Source: Bacillota bacterium
GTDB lineage: Bacteria; Bacillota; Dethiobacteria; DTU022
Assembly: GCA_030611385.1 (NCBI GenBank)
Contig: JAUWPV010000002.1
Span: forward strand, 15,433-79,432
Direction of reading: 5' to 3'
DNA length: 64,000 nt
In this document: piece after piece, positions 53,889 to 63,932 of the stretch
Position numbering within the stretch: the stretch's first letter is position 1
How the letters are laid out: each line of letters begins with the position of its first letter
Position numbers and translations under genes: made by a program
Notes under the pieces: model-generated
Database searches by the model: none
Told to the model about the DNA's origin: nothing
The model's input: the letters and a program-made list of their open reading frames with translations, nothing else

Positions 53889-56314
53889 GTCTTCGCGGTA
53901 AACAGTGGGTCTGGCCTGATCATAAGTATGATCAGGTGATTGAGCTTGCCCGAAACCTCAAACTTCCATCTGCCCTGGCCCGGTTGCTGATCAACCGCGG
54001 GATTGAAGATCCTGTGCAGGCCAGGGCGTTTTTATCCCCCTCGGCAGACCAATTTTATCCTCCATGGTTAATGCTGGGCATGGAACAGGCAGTCAGGAGA
54101 CTGCTTGAAGCCATCTCTAAAAATGAAAGAATTATGATCCATGGGGATTATGACGCTGACGGTATTGCTGCTTCAGTAATTATGGTTGAAACATTGCAGC
54201 AGCTCGGAGGTACCGTTGATTACTTTCTGCCCAGCCGTTTCGACGAGGGTTATGGTTTGCATATTGATCCCTTGAATCAGTTCAGGGAAACCGGAGTTAC
54301 GCTGGTGGTAACTGTCGATTGCGGTATCAATGCTGCTGAAGAAGTCTCCCATGCCGCTAAAATCGGGCTTGACCTGATTGTTACCGATCACCATCAACCG
54401 CTTGGTCAGCTCCAGGGGGCAGTTTCAGTTATTAACCCTCTGCAAAAAAATTGTTTATACCCCTTTAAAGAGCTTTCTGGAGCGGGGGTTGCTTTTAAAC
54501 TTGCTACAGCCCTGATGGAAAAGTCCGGCTGTTCCTTTCCGACTCATTTGCTGGATCTGGCTGCCCTGGGTACAGCCGCTGATGTGGTTCCCTTGCTTGC
54601 CGAAAACCGGGTTATTGTTTCTGCCGGCCTCGCTGTCTTGCGTGATCTGCAGCGGGTTGGTTTTAAAGCACTGGCTGAAGCAGTCAACCTTGATCAAGAT
54701 CGTATCAACAGCACTGCTCTTTCTTATATTCTGGCCCCGGCAGTCAATGCCGCCGGGCGGATGGGTGAAGCTCTGCCGGCAGCAAAGCTGCTGCTGGAAA
54801 AAGATGCGGCAAAAGCAGCGGATTTGGCCGCATATCTGCACAGGACAAATCAATTACGCCGGGCCACAGAACTTAAGATCCTTAAGGAGGCTGAAGAGGC
54901 CGCCCTCGATTTGCTGGCGACAGATAACCAGGGCATTATCACTCTGGCCGGTACGAACTGGCATCATGGTGTGATCGGCATTGTCGCCTCTCGTCTGGTA
55001 GAGAAATTTAACCGACCAGTTGCCATGATTGCCATTGAAGGCGAAGAAGGGCGCGGATCGGCACGCAGCATTCCCGGTTTCGATATAACTGCCGCCCTGG
55101 CTGAAAATGCTTCTCTCCTGGATCGTTTTGGTGGTCATGAGCAGGCGGCGGGATTTACCATTAAGGGTGACAACATTGGCAATCTGCGCGCTAGTTTGAA
55201 TCAATACGCCCATCTTAACTTGAAAGACAAACAATTTAATGCCAGGTTATATATTGAAGCGGAACTGGATGAAGCAGAAATTGATTTTGACCTGACTGCC
55301 AATCTCGAACAGCTGCAGCCTTTCGGCACGGCTAACCCCGTTCCGCTTTTTGGAAGCCGGGACTGGGAGGTAAAATCCTGGCGCCTGGTTGGTGCAGATC
55401 AGCGGCACCTGAAACTTAAGGTTCTAAAGGGTAAGCGGATCTTAACACCAATATTTTTTTCCGGATCAGACCTTGTACCGTATTTAGAAGAAGGTCGCCA
55501 TGTCGATCTTGCCTTCAAGTTGAAAAACGGATTCTTCAGGAATGAGAAGACCCTTGAAGTTGAAATTAAAGATTTAAGCTACAGTGATTGCTTTTCAAAC
55601 AGCATAATGGAACTGATTGACCGGCGAGGCTGTCAGGATCGCTCCAGCTGTTTAGAGGGCGGAATTCTTAAGCAAAAAGAGGCACAGATGGCAGTTTTTG
55701 TTTCGACCCTTTCCCGGCTGAAAAAAATCGAGAAGAGCGGCTTAAACGGAATGCATCCCTGTTTTATCACCAGCGGGTCATTTAATAACTCCCCTGAACT
55801 GCCGCCCGAATTAGATACAATTGTCATTTACGATTTGCCTCTCCATGAGGGTATCCTGCAGCCTGTTTTTGAAAAGTGTTTCTCAAATGGCTCTGTGACC
55901 GTTTATTTGCTTTATAGTGATGATGATCTCGAACGAAACTGCCTGCTCCTGGATCACTCCCTGCCGACGGAGCAGCAGCTCATGGAAATATTAACCGCCC
56001 TGGTCGGGGTAGCAACAGAAAATAACGACTTAAGCTTACCCGGGCCGGTTGCCGGAATCCTTGGATTCACGCCTGTCCCCAATTTTTGGGAGCGTGTAAC
56101 AAAAATATTTACCGAAATTGGTTTGCTCGAGAATAACCAACTCTCCCCGGATTGGAAAAGGATCGAAGAATCATGGCTCAAATGTTTAGATTTATCTCCC
56201 ACCCATCTTGCCACCAGGGAATTGCGTAATAACTGCGAACAATTTCAAAAGCTGCTTCTGGAAGGTAGCCTTGAAGAAATCGCTGCCCGTTTGAACAATT
56301 TATCAGGCTGCTGA
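53885..56314 (+). CDS. recJ: Single-stranded-DNA-specific exonuclease RecJ (DHH/DHHA1)
   Basis: DHH motifs (HGDYDADG, DHH) and C-terminal OB-fold region. Confidence 0.85.
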   Translation: MSLRGKQWVWPDHKYDQVIELARNLKLPSALARLLINRGIEDPVQARAFLSPSADQFYPPWLMLGMEQAVRRLLEAISKNERIMIHGDYDADGIAASVIMVETLQQLGGTVDYFLPSRFDEGYGLHIDPLNQFRETGVTLVVTVDCGINAAEEVSHAAKIGLDLIVTDHHQPLGQLQGAVSVINPLQKNCLYPFKELSGAGVAFKLATALMEKSGCSFPTHLLDLAALGTAADVVPLLAENRVIVSAGLAVLRDLQRVGFKALAEAVNLDQDRINSTALSYILAPAVNAAGRMGEALPAAKLLLEKDAAKAADLAAYLHRTNQLRRATELKILKEAEEAALDLLATDNQGIITLAGTNWHHGVIGIVASRLVEKFNRPVAMIAIEGEEGRGSARSIPGFDITAALAENASLLDRFGGHEQAAGFTIKGDNIGNLRASLNQYAHLNLKDKQFNARLYIEAELDEAEIDFDLTANLEQLQPFGTANPVPLFGSRDWEVKSWRLVGADQRHLKLKVLKGKRILTPIFFSGSDLVPYLEEGRHVDLAFKLKNGFFRNEKTLEVEIKDLSYSDCFSNSIMELIDRRGCQDRSSCLEGGILKQKEAQMAVFVSTLSRLKKIEKSGLNGMHPCFITSGSFNNSPELPPELDTIVIYDLPLHEGILQPVFEKCFSNGSVTVYLLYSDDDLERNCLLLDHSLPTEQQLMEILTALVGVATENNDLSLPGPVAGILGFTPVPNFWERVTKIFTEIGLLENNQLSPDWKRIEESWLKCLDLSPTHLATRELRNNCEQFQKLLLEGSLEEIAARLNNLSGC

Positions 56315-56427
56315 CAGTTAGTGTAAAGCTACTGTAGGGGCACCCTATAGAATTTAGAACCTTATTTTGGTATTATAGATTATAAGTTTTCTGACTCCTG
56401 AATTCTATTCTTCCGAGGGAAAAAGCT

Positions 56428-58617
56428 ATGGTTGTAAAAGAAACAAAACTCAGCGATCTGAAAAAAAGAATCCAGCGCTACTATCCCGATCTGGAAGATT
56501 GGGACATGGTCGAAAAAGCTTATAATTATTCAATGAAAGCCCATTCCGGACAGATGCGTGAATCCGGTGAAACCTTTATTAGCCATCCTCTCGGCGTCGT
56601 GATGATCCTCGCTGAGCTCGAGATTGACCTGATTACCATTATTGCCGGACTGCTGCATGATGTGGTTGAAGATACCGACATTACCCTGGAAGAAATCAGA
56701 CAGGAATTTGGCGATGATGTGGCTGCTTTGGTTGATGGTGTAACCAAGCTGAGCCGGCTAGACTTTACCTCCAGGGAAGAGCAACAGGCGGAAACACTGC
56801 GTAAAATGTTTATAGCCATGGCTCAGGATATTCGGGTAGTTTTGATCAAGCTGGCCGACCGGACCCATAATCTGCGCACTCTTCGTTATCTCAATACTTT
56901 CAAACAAAAAGAGATTGCCCGGGAAACTCTGGAAATATATGCTCCGTTGGCTCACCGCCTCGGCATCTATATGATCAAATGGGAGCTTGAAGATCTTGCT
57001 TTTCGCTATATGCAACCTACAGAGTATTTTCAACTGGTTGAGAAATTGGATAAGAAAAGAAAAGAGCGTGAGCATTTTATCAACCAGATTATCCGGGTTT
57101 TACAGGATCAGCTTGCTGAAGCATCGATCGAAGCAGAAATTCAGGGCCGTCCCAAGCATCTTTTCAGTATTTATAATAAAATGAAAACTCAGGACAAAGA
57201 ATTAAGTGAGATCTATGACCTGACTGCGGTTCGGATTATTGTTAATTCGGTGAAAGACTGCTATCATACCCTCGGCATAGTCCATACAATCTGGAAACCG
57301 ATTCCCGGCCGTTTTAAAGATTTTATTGCCATGCCTAAACCTAACATGTACCAGTCTCTGCACACCACGGTTTTCGCCGCCGAGAACGAACTGGCTGAAA
57401 TTCAAATCAGAACATTGGAAATGCACCGCACTGCTGAGTATGGCATTGCTGCCCACTGGCGTTATAAAGAGAAGATCAAAAATTCCGGAGAGCTCGATGA
57501 TAAACTGACCTGGCTGCGCCAACTGCTCGAGTGGCAACATGATTACCGTGATGCCCGCGAGTTTATCCGGGAAATCAAAGGAGATCTCTTTACCGACGAA
57601 GTTTTTGTTTTCACGCCGAAGGGTGATGTCATCGATCTGCCTGCTGGCTCAGTTACACTTGATTTTGCTTACCGGATTCATACCGATATTGGCAACCGCT
57701 GTACCGGAGCCCGGATCAATGGGCGTCTTGTTCAGCTCAGTTATCAATTAAAGACCGGTGATATGGTCGAGGTAGTCACTTCCAAGCAGGGCTCGCCGAG
57801 TCGTGACTGGCTTAACTATGTTAAAACCTCCCATGCCAAGAATAAAATCCGCACCTGGTTTAAAAAAGAACGCCGTGATGAGAATATTGAAAAAGGTCGT
57901 GAAATGATTGAGAGAGAGATCAGGCGGATCAATGTCGAACAGCGTATTTTACTGAAAAGCGATCTGTTTGAAGATGTCGGGATTACCTTTAACCTGATGT
58001 CAGTTGAAGACCTCTATGCTGCTGTCGGCTATGGTGGAATTTCGGTTCATCAGGTAATCAGCCGCCTGCGGGAGGAGTATAATCGCAAACGTACCGATAA
58101 AGAACAGGGAGAGGATGATTTACCGGAACTTAAACTGGTTAAGCATTTCAAGCAGGCTACTCAGGGTGTTTCCGTTCAGGGTATGGACAACCTGCTGATG
58201 AGGGTTGCCCGCTGTTGCAACCCTGTTCCAGGCGACGAGATAGTTGGCTTGATTACCCGCGGGAGGGGTGTTTCTATTCACCGCCGCGATTGTCCCAACA
58301 TTCTCCAATACCAGGGAGAAAGCGGACGTTTATTGGAAGCATCCTGGGATGTAGAAGCTGGTATTTCGTATCCGGTTGGGATTGAGGTTGATGCCAATGA
58401 TCGTAAGAATCTGCTGGCCGATGTTATGATAACGGTAAACGAAAGCAAGGTCGAAATAACTGCTGTCTCAGCCCGGATCGATAAAAATAGAAACGCCACT
58501 ATCCATATGACCTTGATTGTGCGCGATCAGGTTCATCTCGATCAGATTATGAGCAAGATTAAAAAGGTCAACGAAGTTTACTCCGTTCGCCGTTATGTTT
58601 ACGGTTCGAATAACTAA
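56428..58617 (+). CDS. relA: Bifunctional (p)ppGpp synthetase/hydrolase RelA/SpoT
   Basis: 729 aa; HD hydrolase, synthetase, TGS and ACT domains in order. Confidence 0.9.
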   Translation: MVVKETKLSDLKKRIQRYYPDLEDWDMVEKAYNYSMKAHSGQMRESGETFISHPLGVVMILAELEIDLITIIAGLLHDVVEDTDITLEEIRQEFGDDVAALVDGVTKLSRLDFTSREEQQAETLRKMFIAMAQDIRVVLIKLADRTHNLRTLRYLNTFKQKEIARETLEIYAPLAHRLGIYMIKWELEDLAFRYMQPTEYFQLVEKLDKKRKEREHFINQIIRVLQDQLAEASIEAEIQGRPKHLFSIYNKMKTQDKELSEIYDLTAVRIIVNSVKDCYHTLGIVHTIWKPIPGRFKDFIAMPKPNMYQSLHTTVFAAENELAEIQIRTLEMHRTAEYGIAAHWRYKEKIKNSGELDDKLTWLRQLLEWQHDYRDAREFIREIKGDLFTDEVFVFTPKGDVIDLPAGSVTLDFAYRIHTDIGNRCTGARINGRLVQLSYQLKTGDMVEVVTSKQGSPSRDWLNYVKTSHAKNKIRTWFKKERRDENIEKGREMIEREIRRINVEQRILLKSDLFEDVGITFNLMSVEDLYAAVGYGGISVHQVISRLREEYNRKRTDKEQGEDDLPELKLVKHFKQATQGVSVQGMDNLLMRVARCCNPVPGDEIVGLITRGRGVSIHRRDCPNILQYQGESGRLLEASWDVEAGISYPVGIEVDANDRKNLLADVMITVNESKVEITAVSARIDKNRNATIHMTLIVRDQVHLDQIMSKIKKVNEVYSVRRYVYGSNN

Positions 58618-58855
58618 TGTTGTGTACATGCCTGCTACCGTAGGGTACAATAAGGTGGAATATTATAACTGCTCAGACTGAGCAGGCGGAAGGGCTCTAC
58701 GATCATTTTTGCCAAAGCCAGCACAGCTGCGGTATACTATTGGCTACAGGCCGCTTCCAGGTAAATATGCGCATTATTGTCGACAATGATGGCCCGGTTA
58801 CAATGATACTCGACAGCAAAAAGCAATTTTAAGAGAATTGGAGAGGAAAACGAAG

Positions 58856-61800
58856 ATGAACTACAAGGCACCCCGCGGAACACGCGACATATTACCGGAT
58901 GAATCAATGAAATGGCAACACCTTGAAGAGAGATTCAGGGATTTCTGCAATCTCTATGGTTTTGGGGAAATCAGAACCCCTATTTTTGAACAAACTGATC
59001 TTTTTATTCGCAGTGTCGGTGAAGAGAGCGACATTGTTTCGAAAGAGATGTATTCTTTCAAGGACCGCAGTGGCCGCGAACTAACATTACGCCCCGAGCT
59101 GACCGCCGCCGTAGCGCGGGCCTATCTTGAACATAACCTTAACGAGCAGCCGCAGCCGATCAAACTATATTACAGTGGACCGATGTTTCGTTATGACCGA
59201 CCCCAGGCCGGCCGTTACCGCCAGTTCCATCAATTTGGACTGGAGATCTTCGGGGCAGCCAATGCCGTTGCCGATGCTGAAATAATTGCTTTCTGCTATC
59301 ATTTCTTTAAATCATTGCAGATTGAAAATCTATCAATCGAACTGAACAGTGTCGGCTGCCCGGCCTGCCGCCCCCAATTTCGAGATATTCTGGTACCTTA
59401 CCTTGAAAACATTGAAAAGGGTCTCTGTTCCGACTGTATCAAACGCTATAAGCATAACCCGATGCGTGTTCTTGATTGCAAACAGGAAAGCTGCCAGATC
59501 CAGGTAGAAACAGCACCAAGAATGTCCGATCATCTGTGTCCCGACTGTGACCGTCATTTTATAGCTCTCAAAGAGCTGTTGACCAGACTACAGATTCCTT
59601 ATAATCTGAGCAGCCGGCTTGTACGCGGCCTCGATTACTATACCAGGACCGCTTTTGAAGTTGTTGCCGGTGATTTGGGCGCCCAGGCTTCATTATGCGG
59701 CGGCGGGCGCTACGATCACCTGGTAGAGCATTGCGGCGGGCCGCATACGCCTGGAGTGGGAGTTGCTTTTGGCGTTGAGAGAATCATACTGAGTATGGAC
59801 TGGAGCAAGCAGATGCCTGAGCCCCGGTCGTCGGTCTATCTAGCCACTGCCGGTGAGAATTTGGAAGGGGAATCTTTACTCCTGGCTTCCGAACTGCGGC
59901 AGCGTAATATCGCAGTCGATACCGAATTGATGGAACGCAGTCTCAAAGCGCAGATGAAGTATGCCGGAAAGCATAACTGCAAATATGTTGTGATCATCGG
60001 TGAAGATGAAATTGCCAGCGGCCGGGTAACCCTGCGTGATATGGAAAGCGGAGACCAACAGGAACTGACCCGTGAAGCTGTTTTCGAGCTGCTGATCAAA
60101 GACGAACCTGTATCAAAAGAAGAGCCTGCTTCGCCCACCGGGGCAGAAGTCATACTGCCTTCAAAGGGTAAACCGACGCAGAAAAGCCACTACTGTGGAT
60201 TGCTGAATTTGAGTGATGTTAACAATACTGTTAAGCTGGCCGGTTGGGTCGGCAGGCGCCGCGACCACGGCGGGTTGATCTTTATTGATTTAAGAGATCG
60301 CAGTGGTATGATGCAGCTGGTATTCGATCAGAAACTGGGTGTTGAACTTTTCAATCAGAGTGAGAGCCTGCGTAATGAATATGTAGTCGCTGTCGAGGGG
60401 AAGGTTGTCAAAAGATCCGCGGATAATATTAATCCATCTCTGCCAACTGGTGAAATCGAAGTGCGGGTTGCTAATATGGAAATATTAAACAGCTCGAAAA
60501 CACCGCCTTTCTATATCGAAGATAATCTTAATGTTGATGAAAACCTGCGCCTGCGTTACCGCTATCTTGATTTGAGGCGCCCGGAAATGTTAAATCGTCT
60601 TATGCTGCGTCACCGTGCGGTCAAGCTTGTTCGCGACTACATGGATCGCTTCGACTTTTTAGAAGTGGAGACGCCAATGCTGACCCGCAGCACACCGGAA
60701 GGCGCACGGGACTTCCTTGTGCCCAGTCGCCCTCATCCGGGCTTTTTTTACGCTCTGCCTCAATCACCGCAGCTGTTCAAGCAGCTGCTGATGGTCAGTG
60801 GCCTGGAGCGCTATTTTCAAATTGTCCGTTGTTTTCGGGATGAAGATTTACGGGCAGACCGACAGCCGGAATTTACCCAGGTTGATATCGAAACTTCCTT
60901 TTTCGGCAGCGAGAACCTTTTTGCCCTGATCGAAGGGTTGATGGAGCTGTTGTGGAAAGAGATTCATGGTGTTGAGCTTGAACTGCCTTTCCTGCGCATG
61001 CCTTATAAGGAAGCGATGGAACGGTTTGGCTCTGACAAGCCTGACCTGCGCTTTGCCATGGAACTGGTTGATATCGGTGAGCTGGCCGCAAAAAGCGCTT
61101 TCAGGGTTTTTACTACTGCCCTCGAAAACGGCGGAGTGGTCAAAGGTCTGCGTATACCCGGTGGTAGCCGCTTTAGCCGCAAGGAATTGGATGACCTGAC
61201 TTTGCTGGCCCGACAGCTCGGTGCCAAAGGACTGGCCTGGACTTATATTGAAGATAGCGGTTGGCGTTCGCCGATCGTTAAGTACTTCGATCCGGTTTTA
61301 CTTGATCAAATCAGTGCAAAAATGCAGGCTGAACCGGGTGATGTTCTGCTCTTTGTTGCCGACCGCCGGGAAACCACCTGCCAGGTGTTGGGTAGCCTGC
61401 GCCGCCATCTGGCCCCGGAAAATATTTCTGATGAACCAAATTTCCTCTGGGTGGTCGACTTCCCACTTTTTCACTTTAATGAAGCGGAACAGCGCTGTGA
61501 TTCAGATCACCACCCCTTTACTGCGCCCCGGGTTGAGGATATGCCTCTGCTGGAAAGCGATCCCCTTGCTGTACGTGCTCAGGCTTACGATCTGGTGCTG
61601 AACGGAGTGGAACTTGGCGGAGGCAGCACCAGAATTCACGACAGCGAAACTCAGGCCAAAATCTTTAAACTACTCGGGCTGTCGGAAGAAGAGAGTCGGG
61701 AAAAATTCGGTTTTCTGCTGGAAGCTCTTTCATTTGGAGCACCGCCGCATGGTGGAATTGCTCTTGGTCTCGACAGACTGGTCGCTCTATTAACCGGTGA

Positions 61801-61945
61801 TGAATCGATCCGACAGGTCATTCCCTTTCCCAAAACGGCTGCGGCCAACTGCCTGATGACCGGCGCCCCGGCTTTTGTAGAGACCAGCCAACTGGATGAA
61901 CTAAAAATTCAACTGCAACCGCAGGAAGAGGAAGAAGTAAAGTAA
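58856..61945 (+). CDS. hisS-aspS: Single in-frame ORF encoding histidyl-tRNA synthetase (residues ~1-415) joined by a ~28-aa Pro/Glu/Lys/Ser linker to aspartyl-tRNA synthetase (~586 aa): an apparent HisRS-AspRS fusion
   Basis: ATG at 58856, 9 nt after GGAGAGG. HisRS motifs up to ...RVTLRDMESGDQQELTREAVFELLIKD. There is no stop codon and no ATG/GTG/TTG start before the AspRS N-terminus (SHYCGLLNLSDV..., GWVGRRRDHGGLIFIDLRDRSG). Confidence 0.7.
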   Translation: MNYKAPRGTRDILPDESMKWQHLEERFRDFCNLYGFGEIRTPIFEQTDLFIRSVGEESDIVSKEMYSFKDRSGRELTLRPELTAAVARAYLEHNLNEQPQPIKLYYSGPMFRYDRPQAGRYRQFHQFGLEIFGAANAVADAEIIAFCYHFFKSLQIENLSIELNSVGCPACRPQFRDILVPYLENIEKGLCSDCIKRYKHNPMRVLDCKQESCQIQVETAPRMSDHLCPDCDRHFIALKELLTRLQIPYNLSSRLVRGLDYYTRTAFEVVAGDLGAQASLCGGGRYDHLVEHCGGPHTPGVGVAFGVERIILSMDWSKQMPEPRSSVYLATAGENLEGESLLLASELRQRNIAVDTELMERSLKAQMKYAGKHNCKYVVIIGEDEIASGRVTLRDMESGDQQELTREAVFELLIKDEPVSKEEPASPTGAEVILPSKGKPTQKSHYCGLLNLSDVNNTVKLAGWVGRRRDHGGLIFIDLRDRSGMMQLVFDQKLGVELFNQSESLRNEYVVAVEGKVVKRSADNINPSLPTGEIEVRVANMEILNSSKTPPFYIEDNLNVDENLRLRYRYLDLRRPEMLNRLMLRHRAVKLVRDYMDRFDFLEVETPMLTRSTPEGARDFLVPSRPHPGFFYALPQSPQLFKQLLMVSGLERYFQIVRCFRDEDLRADRQPEFTQVDIETSFFGSENLFALIEGLMELLWKEIHGVELELPFLRMPYKEAMERFGSDKPDLRFAMELVDIGELAAKSAFRVFTTALENGGVVKGLRIPGGSRFSRKELDDLTLLARQLGAKGLAWTYIEDSGWRSPIVKYFDPVLLDQISAKMQAEPGDVLLFVADRRETTCQVLGSLRRHLAPENISDEPNFLWVVDFPLFHFNEAEQRCDSDHHPFTAPRVEDMPLLESDPLAVRAQAYDLVLNGVELGGGSTRIHDSETQAKIFKLLGLSEEESREKFGFLLEALSFGAPPHGGIALGLDRLVALLTGDESIRQVIPFPKTAAANCLMTGAPAFVETSQLDELKIQLQPQEEEEVK

Positions 61946-62261
61946 TTCTTGCGCCAGAATCGGTTTTATGCTATCATTTTTATAGAGGCAGCTTGATAAT
62001 TACGAGCTTAGCCCTGCTGTGTTCGTGACAACCGATTAAGTTTTGAGCTAACACTTTTTATATGGGAACCCGTACTTCAGCTGCAGCGTAGCAGCCTTTG
62101 TAAAGAGGACCTATAAACCAGTTGAGAAGGTACCCACCTTTCGGGGGAACAGTTCAAAACAACGGCCCACGGCACGGCGGGGTTTTTTAATGCCTTTCAG
62201 CGTGTTATAAACTGAGTTGTTTAACCGTGATTGTCTTGTTTTATGCAGGGAGGTGAGAGCA
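61946..62261 (+). promoter_or_regulatory. 316-nt ORF-free structured leader upstream of mgtE ending in a GC-rich hairpin plus GGGGTTTTTT; possible Mg2+-responsive attenuator (M-box not confirmed)
   Basis: Position upstream of mgtE, GC-rich inverted repeats, and a terminal T-run (about 62170-62190). Confidence 0.3.
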
Positions 62262-63587
62262 TTGTCTGTTGAAAATATTTATCTGCAAATTAACAGGGAA
62301 TTGAAGGAAGGCGCTCATCCGAGTGATCTTCACGACCTGATTGAAGAGCTGGATATCGGGCAAAAAGTGGAGCTGATGCAGCGGTTGGCTGATACCGATG
62401 CGGCTCTCATCTTGCAGGAAATGGAGGATTATGAGCAGGCCGATATTCTCCGGCTCTTGAGCAAAGAGCGAGCCAAGGAAATTCTGAAAAACCTGGCTTC
62501 TGACGATGCTGCTGACCTGATCGGCGAATTGTCTGTAGAAGAAGCCCAGGAAATGCTGCAGTTGATCGAGGAAGAAGAGGAGTCGCTGGATTTAGGCGAA
62601 CTCTTGAAATACCCGGAAGATAGTGCCGGGGGGATTATGACAACCGAGTACATCTCACTTCCCGCCGATATTCCGGTGGAAGATGCCATTGCCCGGTTAA
62701 GAGAAGTTGCTCCCAAAGCAGAAACCATTTATTACGTCTACGTTGTTGACGAAGAAGGACTCCTGATCGGGGTGCTTTCCCTCCGCGACCTGATTGCTTC
62801 TTCTGACGGCACCCTGCTGAAAAACATCATGCGCCATAATGTGATCAGTGTTAATGCCGGGCTTGACCAGGAGGAAGTAGCGCGGATCGTTTCTAAGTAC
62901 GATCTGCTGGCTGTGCCGGTTGTTGATGATCAGGAGAGAATGCTCGGTATCGTTACCGTTGACGACGTCATTGATGTCTTGGAGCAGGAAGCGACTGAAG
63001 ATATTTACCACCTGGCCGGAGCCAGTGAAATTGAAGGGATGGAACTAACCGAGGCTCCGGTGAACAAAGTTGTCCGCCTTCGACTACCCTGGCTGTTGAT
63101 CACCATGATTGGCGGTGTCATCTCCGGAAGCGTTATCGGGGTCTACAAAGACACTCTGGAAGCGATCGTCATGCTGGCTATTTTTATTCCTGTGGTTATG
63201 GGCATGGGCGGCAATGTTGGCACCCAATCATCGACAATATTTATACGCGGACTAGCGACCGGTGAAATCGATCGTTCAGAAGTCTGGCCATATTTTTTCC
63301 GGGAAATCAAGATTGGCGTGGTTATGGGCGTTATTTGCGGGATATTGATTTCGATTACTGCATTTATCTGGCAGGGCAATCCTTATCTCGGTTTAGTTGT
63401 TGGCTTATCAATGCTGATTACAATCAGTGTGGCTACCATGATCGGTACACTCGTTCCCCTTTTGCTAAATAAAGTCAATATAGATCCGGCGATTACCGCC
63501 GGTCCGTTTGTGACTATGATCAAAGATTTCACTGGTCTTGTGATCTACTTCGGTATCGCCTCTATCTTCCTCAAACACCTGCGCTAA
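62262..63587 (+). CDS. mgtE: Magnesium transporter MgtE (MgtE-N, CBS pair, 5-TM pore domain)
   Basis: TTG start 6 nt after GGAGGTG. Domain order typical of MgtE. Confidence 0.8.
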   Translation: MSVENIYLQINRELKEGAHPSDLHDLIEELDIGQKVELMQRLADTDAALILQEMEDYEQADILRLLSKERAKEILKNLASDDAADLIGELSVEEAQEMLQLIEEEEESLDLGELLKYPEDSAGGIMTTEYISLPADIPVEDAIARLREVAPKAETIYYVYVVDEEGLLIGVLSLRDLIASSDGTLLKNIMRHNVISVNAGLDQEEVARIVSKYDLLAVPVVDDQERMLGIVTVDDVIDVLEQEATEDIYHLAGASEIEGMELTEAPVNKVVRLRLPWLLITMIGGVISGSVIGVYKDTLEAIVMLAIFIPVVMGMGGNVGTQSSTIFIRGLATGEIDRSEVWPYFFREIKIGVVMGVICGILISITAFIWQGNPYLGLVVGLSMLITISVATMIGTLVPLLLNKVNIDPAITAGPFVTMIKDFTGLVIYFGIASIFLKHLR

Positions 63588-63593
63588 GTAAAT

Positions 63594-63635
63594 CAGGAGT
63601 CAGGAGTCAGGATTCAGGATTCAGGGGTCAGAATT
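63594..63635 (+). repeat. Six tandem 7-bp units (CAGGAGT x2, CAGGATT x2, CAGGGGT, CAGAATT) immediately after the mgtE stop
   Basis: Read directly. A complementary CTGACTCCTG lies about 110 nt downstream (63713-63722). Confidence 0.6.
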
Positions 63636-63877
63636 AAAACTAAATATTTAAAGCTAAACAGATCAAAGCAGGCCAAAATCAACACCCTGTTTTTTTTGTG
63701 TTTTGTTTTATACTGACTCCTGCCTCTTCCACACAGCCGATCTTCCAAACAAATCATCAAGAGTATTATGGAAATATATGTCTAAATTGCATGTATTTTA
63801 TGGTTAATCTTCTCATTTTTATAATTATTTTTTATATTTTAGCAGGAATATGTAAATAAAGGTTGAAAAATAAAGGA

Positions 63878-63915
63878 AAGTGGTGTAAAGTGGTGAAAAG
63901 TGGTTGTAAGTGTCT
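63878..63915 (+). promoter_or_regulatory. MraZ-box-like direct repeats (GTGGTG / GTGGTG / GTGGTT / GTG at 10-bp period) in the mraZ promoter region
   Basis: aaGTGGTGtaaaGTGGTGaaaaGTGGTTgtaaGTG read directly; 20 nt upstream of the mraZ ATG. Confidence 0.55.
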
Positions 63916-63932
63916 CAAACGGAGGCGAACAG

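Noticed and set aside
58618-58855. T-box leader upstream of hisS-aspS
   Set aside because: No GGUGGNACCGCG T-box sequence or clear specifier/antiterminator arrangement; only a weak GGTGGAAT near the 5' end.
61946-62261. Confident M-box riboswitch call upstream of mgtE
   Set aside because: I could not match the conserved M-box core segments by eye; kept only as a low-confidence structured leader.
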